Shown here: positions 59,554 to 64,000 of the stretch, piece by piece
Layout: every line of letters starts with the position of its first letter
How positions within the stretch are numbered: position 1 is the stretch's first letter
NCBI GenBank assembly: GCA_965601925.1
Contig: OZ271854.1
Coordinates: 352,001-416,000, forward strand
Direction: 5' to 3'
DNA length: 64,000 nucleotides
DNA from: Alkalispirochaeta sp.
Lineage (GTDB): Bacteria > Spirochaetota > Spirochaetia > DSM-27196 > Alkalispirochaetaceae
Notes under the pieces: generated by a model
The model's database searches: none
Told to the model about the DNA's origin: nothing
What the model saw: the letters and a program-made list of their open reading frames with translations, nothing else
Translations under genes and position numbers: made by a program

Positions 59554-61356
59554 ATGTCACGGGACGAACTCAAAAACACGATCCAGGATTTTCCTCGTAA
59601 CGCGGGCGTATACATCATGCGCGATGTCGACGATACGATTCTGTACGTCGGCAAGGCGAAGAGCCTGCGCGCCAGGGTGCGGTCGTACTTTGCAAAGGAT
59701 CTGCCGATTAAGACCGCCGTTCTTATGTCGCGGGTGATACGCATAGACTACCTCGTCACCGGCAACGAGTACGAGGCGCTCTTGTTGGAAAACGAGCTTA
59801 TCAAGCAGCACACCCCGCGCTACAACATCAACCTCAAGGACGGTAAAAGCTATCCGGTGATACGCATTACCACCGACAAGTATCCGCGTGTCTTCAAGAC
59901 GCGGCGTATCGTCCAGGACGGTTCAACCTACTTCGGACCCTTTACCAGCGTGTGGCGCCTGGAAGCGTACCTCGACCTGATCGACCGTCTATACCCGCTC
60001 CGGAAGTGTCGCACCACCGAACTCAAGCCGCGCAAGTCACCCTGTCTGTACTGGCACATCGGCCGGTGCGCTGCGGTCTGCGCCGGTAAAACGAGCCACG
60101 AGGACTACACGGCGCGTATCGAGTCGATCAAACGCCTTCTGTCGGGCAGAACCGGGGCGATCCGCAAAGAGCTGTCCGAGCGCATGGATGCCGCGAGCGA
60201 GGCGCTGGAGTTCGAGAAGGCGGCGCAGTATCGCGACGCCCTCACCGGCCTCGACCAAATCGAGAGCGAACAGCGCGTCGTCGATTTCGATCCCGAAATC
60301 CGGGATTACATCGGGTACGCCGCGCGGGACGAGCTGTGCACATTTGTCGTCTTCCAGATGCGCGCCGGCAAACTGGTGGGGAGCAACGTCTTTCACGCCG
60401 AGCTTCCGGGAACGGACGAGGAAAACCTCGTGGAGTTTGTCCTGCAGTTCTACGGGTCGACCAGCAAAGCTCCTCGCGAGCTGTACACCTCGGCCTCTAT
60501 GGGCGACCTTGCGACGTTGCAACGGTTCTTTCGCGAGGAGCTGGGAAGCGAGGTCGAAATCCGCACGCCGGAGACGAGTCGTGACGCTTCGGTCCTGCGT
60601 CTGTGCATAGAAAACGCCCGCCAGGAGTTGGACCGACGCCTACGAGAAAAGGGCGACCTTCCGGCGCTGGAGGAACTCGCCGCGGTTCTCTCCCTACCGA
60701 ATCCGCCGTTGCGGATCGAGGGCTTCGATATCGCCCACGTCGGGGGACGCAACACCGTCGCCAGCCTCGTGAGTTTCTCCAACGGCGTGCCGGACAAGAG
60801 CCAGTACAAGCGTTTTCGTATTAAGAGCCTCAAGGAGGGGCAAATCGACGACTTCGCCTCGATGCGGGAGGTGATCGCGCGGCGCTATACGAGGGTCAAA
60901 AACGAACGCCTGCCGCGCCCCGATCTTATCCTCATCGACGGCGGAAAGGGCCAAGTGGGAGCGGCGCAGGAGATTCTGGACGCCCTGGATCTCGCGATTC
61001 CCATCGTCGGACTTGCGAAGCGCAATGAGGAGCTCTTTCTTCCCGCCCACGGTGAGCCGATCCTCCTCCCCGAAGGATCGCCGCCCTTGAGAGTGCTTCA
61101 GCACGTGCGGGACGAGGCGCATCGCTTTGCGACGACCTATCGCGCGGGGCTCCAGAAAAAAAGCGCCCTGACACCGGTTCTGGAAAAAGTCCCCGGGATC
61201 GGCCCGCGCCGGGCCGCCAAAATCCTGCGCTCCTTCCCGGATGTCGAGGGTCTCGTCGAGACCCCTGTCGACGTCATCGCCAAAAGCACCGGCATCAGCG
61301 AAGAGCAGGCCTACACCGTGCAGGAGTTCGTCAGGCGGGAGCTGTTCGGCCAATGA
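59554..61356 (+). CDS. uvrC: Excinuclease ABC subunit C
   Basis: GVY..YVGKAKSLR.RV.SYF (GIY-YIG), UVR domain, RIEGFDIAH, LIDGGKGQ, RDEAHRFA and HhH. Confidence 0.97.
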   Translation: MSRDELKNTIQDFPRNAGVYIMRDVDDTILYVGKAKSLRARVRSYFAKDLPIKTAVLMSRVIRIDYLVTGNEYEALLLENELIKQHTPRYNINLKDGKSYPVIRITTDKYPRVFKTRRIVQDGSTYFGPFTSVWRLEAYLDLIDRLYPLRKCRTTELKPRKSPCLYWHIGRCAAVCAGKTSHEDYTARIESIKRLLSGRTGAIRKELSERMDAASEALEFEKAAQYRDALTGLDQIESEQRVVDFDPEIRDYIGYAARDELCTFVVFQMRAGKLVGSNVFHAELPGTDEENLVEFVLQFYGSTSKAPRELYTSASMGDLATLQRFFREELGSEVEIRTPETSRDASVLRLCIENARQELDRRLREKGDLPALEELAAVLSLPNPPLRIEGFDIAHVGGRNTVASLVSFSNGVPDKSQYKRFRIKSLKEGQIDDFASMREVIARRYTRVKNERLPRPDLILIDGGKGQVGAAQEILDALDLAIPIVGLAKRNEELFLPAHGEPILLPEGSPPLRVLQHVRDEAHRFATTYRAGLQKKSALTPVLEKVPGIGPRRAAKILRSFPDVEGLVETPVDVIAKSTGISEEQAYTVQEFVRRELFGQ

Positions 61357-61415
61357 TGGGGAGTACGCGATACGTTCCCGCCTCAGCTCCCGTCGACTCA
61401 CGGGACATATCGACC

Positions 61416-61840
61416 ATGAAACACGATCGCGTGCTGTTTTGGGATTTCGACGGAACGCTTGCGCACCGGAACGGCTTTTTCAGCGAGGTGCTCCTGCAGA
61501 TACTCGATGAGCGTGAGCCGAGCCACACGACCCGAATTGACGATATTCGGCCGTTCCTCCGAGACGGCTTTCCCTGGCATTTTCCCGAGCGGACGCACTT
61601 TGAACTATCGGACCCGGCGGCGTGGTGGGCCTTTGTAGAGCGATCGTTCGTGCGCGCTTTCGTAGGCGTCGGTGTCTCGGAGAAAAAGGCGGTCGAATAT
61701 GCCGAACTGTCGCATATGAGGTATATCGACTCCACCGGATTCGAGCTCTACGACGACACAGAAGAGACACTCGACCACTGCGTGAACGGAGGCTGGACAA
61801 ATATCATCCTCTCGAACCACGTGCCCGAACTACCCTCGAT
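61416..61840 (+). pseudogene. 3'-truncated HAD-family hydrolase
   Basis: Motif I (WDFDGTL) and motif II (ILSNH) are present. Similarity ends after VPELPSI and motifs III/IV are absent; the frame then runs antisense into the GH43 gene. Confidence 0.65.
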
Positions 61841-62012
61841 CTACGTCGCGTCGCTGAAGCGGTTGGCGTCGGAGGGAAACGACGTTTTCCGGCTTGGGTG
61901 CAAAGCTCGCGACGACTGCGCTCGCGCGCACCGCAGGCCGCTCCCGGCACGGCATCGCGCGCGCCTCGGCATCGACCGGACACGCATCGACGGCAGGGAT
62001 CGTCGGCGCACC

Positions 62013-63668
62013 TCACTCCTCGCAGTACTCCAGGTAGTCAAAGTCCGCGACAAGCCCACGCCCCGACGCGTCCCAACAACCGATGCCGACGAAGGTGCCG
62101 GTAAATCCCAGCGGCTCGGCCGTATCGTCGGACAAGAGCGATGCATCCAGGGTCGGCCCGACGGCGCTCCACCCCGCTCCTCCCTGACGCCAAAAAAAGT
62201 TGAGATCTTTCCCGGACACCTCGACGGCGAGATCGACGGCGCCGTGCTGCAGGGGGACTTCGTCGTCTCCCAGAGGAGTCGTGACGACCCGTCCGACATA
62301 CCGTACGATTCCCAGACACCGCTCCGCCCGGTCCGCGGCACTTAGGCGGAGTAAATACTGGTTGTCCTCATCGTAGCGTACGATAAGTCCTGCGAGCTGC
62401 TGAAAGTCATCCGGGGCTGCGTCTATGCGCGTCTCGGCGCGCCAATCGAACGCTTGAACGCGCCGCGCCGCGATGGTCTGACGAAATCGGCTCGTCGGTG
62501 AAAGGGCGCCTCTCAGCCGCAACCAACCGGGACGCGCCGAGAGATCGAAGCGGTCGTCGACCGGTTCGCGAAGTGTATTGAGCTCCGCGGCCATAGTAGG
62601 TCCGTCAAAATCGTCGCGCCATACGGGCGTCCGCGGGGGCTCCGAACCGCCGTCGCCGGCCGGTACGTCACGCTCGGCGAACGCGACGCTCCACTGCGGA
62701 GCGCGGCTGGCCGGCCACGGCCACCCGTCGGAGCGCCACTCCAGGACTTGGAGCGCCGTTTCACGACCCAAGGGGCAGTTGAGTGTATCCGCCACCGGGC
62801 GCCCGCACAGATGGGCCAACACCCACTGTCGATCGTCCCACCGCGCCATACTCCCGTGTCCCGCCTTCTGTAAACCCGTCTCCAGATGCGGCCTGATGTC
62901 CCCTTCCTCCGCAACGGCCGCGTCGAAGCCGCACCGATCGGCCACCGAGGTAATGAGGGGCGTTTGAGGATGCAGCTCGTAGGGGCCGTCGATCGTTCTA
63001 CTGCGAGCGAGTACGACCGCGTGGCCGTAGGAGGTGCCGCCTTCGGCGGTCATGAGATAGTACCACCCGGCGCGACGATACAGGTGCGGAGCCTCGGTAT
63101 ATCCGATCTCGGTGCCGGGGAATATCGAACGAATGGGGCCGACCAGTCGCTCGGCACGGGCGTCGTACTCCTGAAGCACGATCCCGCCGAAACTGTTGCG
63201 CCCCGGCCGGTAGTCCCATTTGACGTTCACCAGCCACTTACGCCCGTCTTCGTCGTGAAAGAGCGACGGATCGAATCCACTGGCGTTGAGAAACCGCGGC
63301 TCCGACCACGGCCCCTCGATCGTCGCCGCGGTCACTACATAGTTGAGGCTATCTTTGAACCCGTCGTTGGATCGCGATCCCACCCACTCTTTGACGTCGG
63401 TGTAAATCAACCAAAACCGCTCGTCGGCGTAGCTCAAACACGGCGCCCAGATACCCCCGGACGGCGGATTGCCCGCCATATCGAGTTGCGAGCGACGATC
63501 CAACGGTCGGGCGACCAACCTCCAGTCGCACAAGGTGCGACTGGAATAGATCATCACACCGGGAAACCACTCGAAGGTGCTGGTGGCGATGTAGAAATCG
63601 TCGCCGACCCTACAGATAGACGGGTCGGGATGAAACCCCCGCAAGACGGGATTATGGATTGTCGGCAC
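62013..63668 (-). CDS. xynB: GH43 beta-xylosidase / arabinofuranosidase
   Basis: NPVLRGFHPDPS, STFEWFPG, WAP, GFDPSLF, TEAPHLY, QKAGH, LGRET and the C-terminal beta-sandwich FTG.FVG. Confidence 0.93.
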   Translation of the reverse strand: MPTIHNPVLRGFHPDPSICRVGDDFYIATSTFEWFPGVMIYSSRTLCDWRLVARPLDRRSQLDMAGNPPSGGIWAPCLSYADERFWLIYTDVKEWVGSRSNDGFKDSLNYVVTAATIEGPWSEPRFLNASGFDPSLFHDEDGRKWLVNVKWDYRPGRNSFGGIVLQEYDARAERLVGPIRSIFPGTEIGYTEAPHLYRRAGWYYLMTAEGGTSYGHAVVLARSRTIDGPYELHPQTPLITSVADRCGFDAAVAEEGDIRPHLETGLQKAGHGSMARWDDRQWVLAHLCGRPVADTLNCPLGRETALQVLEWRSDGWPWPASRAPQWSVAFAERDVPAGDGGSEPPRTPVWRDDFDGPTMAAELNTLREPVDDRFDLSARPGWLRLRGALSPTSRFRQTIAARRVQAFDWRAETRIDAAPDDFQQLAGLIVRYDEDNQYLLRLSAADRAERCLGIVRYVGRVVTTPLGDDEVPLQHGAVDLAVEVSGKDLNFFWRQGGAGWSAVGPTLDASLLSDDTAEPLGFTGTFVGIGCWDASGRGLVADFDYLEYCEE

Positions 63669-63768
63669 GGTACTCCCTTTCGTTATCGAAATATGAACGC
63701 AGCGGCATGAACAACGCGATGGATCGCGCCGCGTGTACCCGATACGCTCGCGCGTTCTGGGGCGACAC

Positions 63769-64000
63769 TCATCCCTTTATGGCCCCGACGGTCAGCCCCT
63801 TGATAATCGACTTGGAGAAGAGCACCACGACGACGATGATCGGTACGACCGAAATCGTAACGCCCAGATAAATCGCGCCGAAGTTCGCCTCGTACAATCC
63901 GCGAATGTTTGAGATAACCACGGGCATGGGAAACTTGTCCCCGGAGCTCAGGAGTACCAACGGCGTGATCAGATCGTTCCATTTGAAGACGAAGGTAAAG
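63769..64000 (-). CDS. Carbohydrate ABC transporter permease (partial; 5' end outside the window)
   Basis: FVFKWND.I.P...P.I....SK.II.GLTVGAIKG, a C-terminus typical of MalG/UgpE-like permeases. Confidence 0.88.
   Translation of the reverse strand, partial: FTFVFKWNDLITPLVLLSSGDKFPMPVVISNIRGLYEANFGAIYLGVTISVVPIIVVVVLFSKSIIKGLTVGAIKG

Overview
High-GC bacterial chromosome segment, most likely from a free-living, probably halo/alkaliphilic spirochaete (class Spirochaetia). This is inferred from an archaeal-type PheRS (long pheS, short pheT), a stand-alone spirochaete/mitochondrial-EFG1-like fusA, 'AGG/ASG-x-x-E' N-termini on solute-binding proteins, acidic exported proteins and an OpuA/ProU betaine transporter. 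Most of the window is housekeeping, transport and signalling: an aroF-pheA fusion, carD, nth, fusA, a class III cyclase operon, livKHMGF, a TrpXYZ-like ABC transporter, opuA, thrH, a PAS hybrid kinase with a CheB-CheR fusion, parA, pheST, uvrC and a GH43 xylosidase. No rRNA, tRNA, CRISPR array or intact mobile element was seen. The main candidate novelty is at 0.6-2.9 kb. An unannotated 48-aa ORF (723-869; perfect AGGAGG RBS; one hydrophobic helix ending ...AAA-TNKWGG) lies directly upstream of a multi-TM HD-GYP phosphodiesterase and a DUF5317 membrane protein whose two conserved Asp motifs resemble the signal peptidase II (LspA) catalytic dyad. Together these suggest a precursor-peptide / membrane-peptidase / receptor-PDE signalling cassette that controls cyclic dinucleotide levels (inference). 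Secondary leads are apparently leaderless genes and bidirectional promoters, a class III cyclase lacking the ATP-specifying Lys, a cNMP-binding DUF6909 nucleosidase-like gene coupled to parA, and an NDK-like gene coupled to pheST. All family assignments come from motif recognition by eye; no searches were run.
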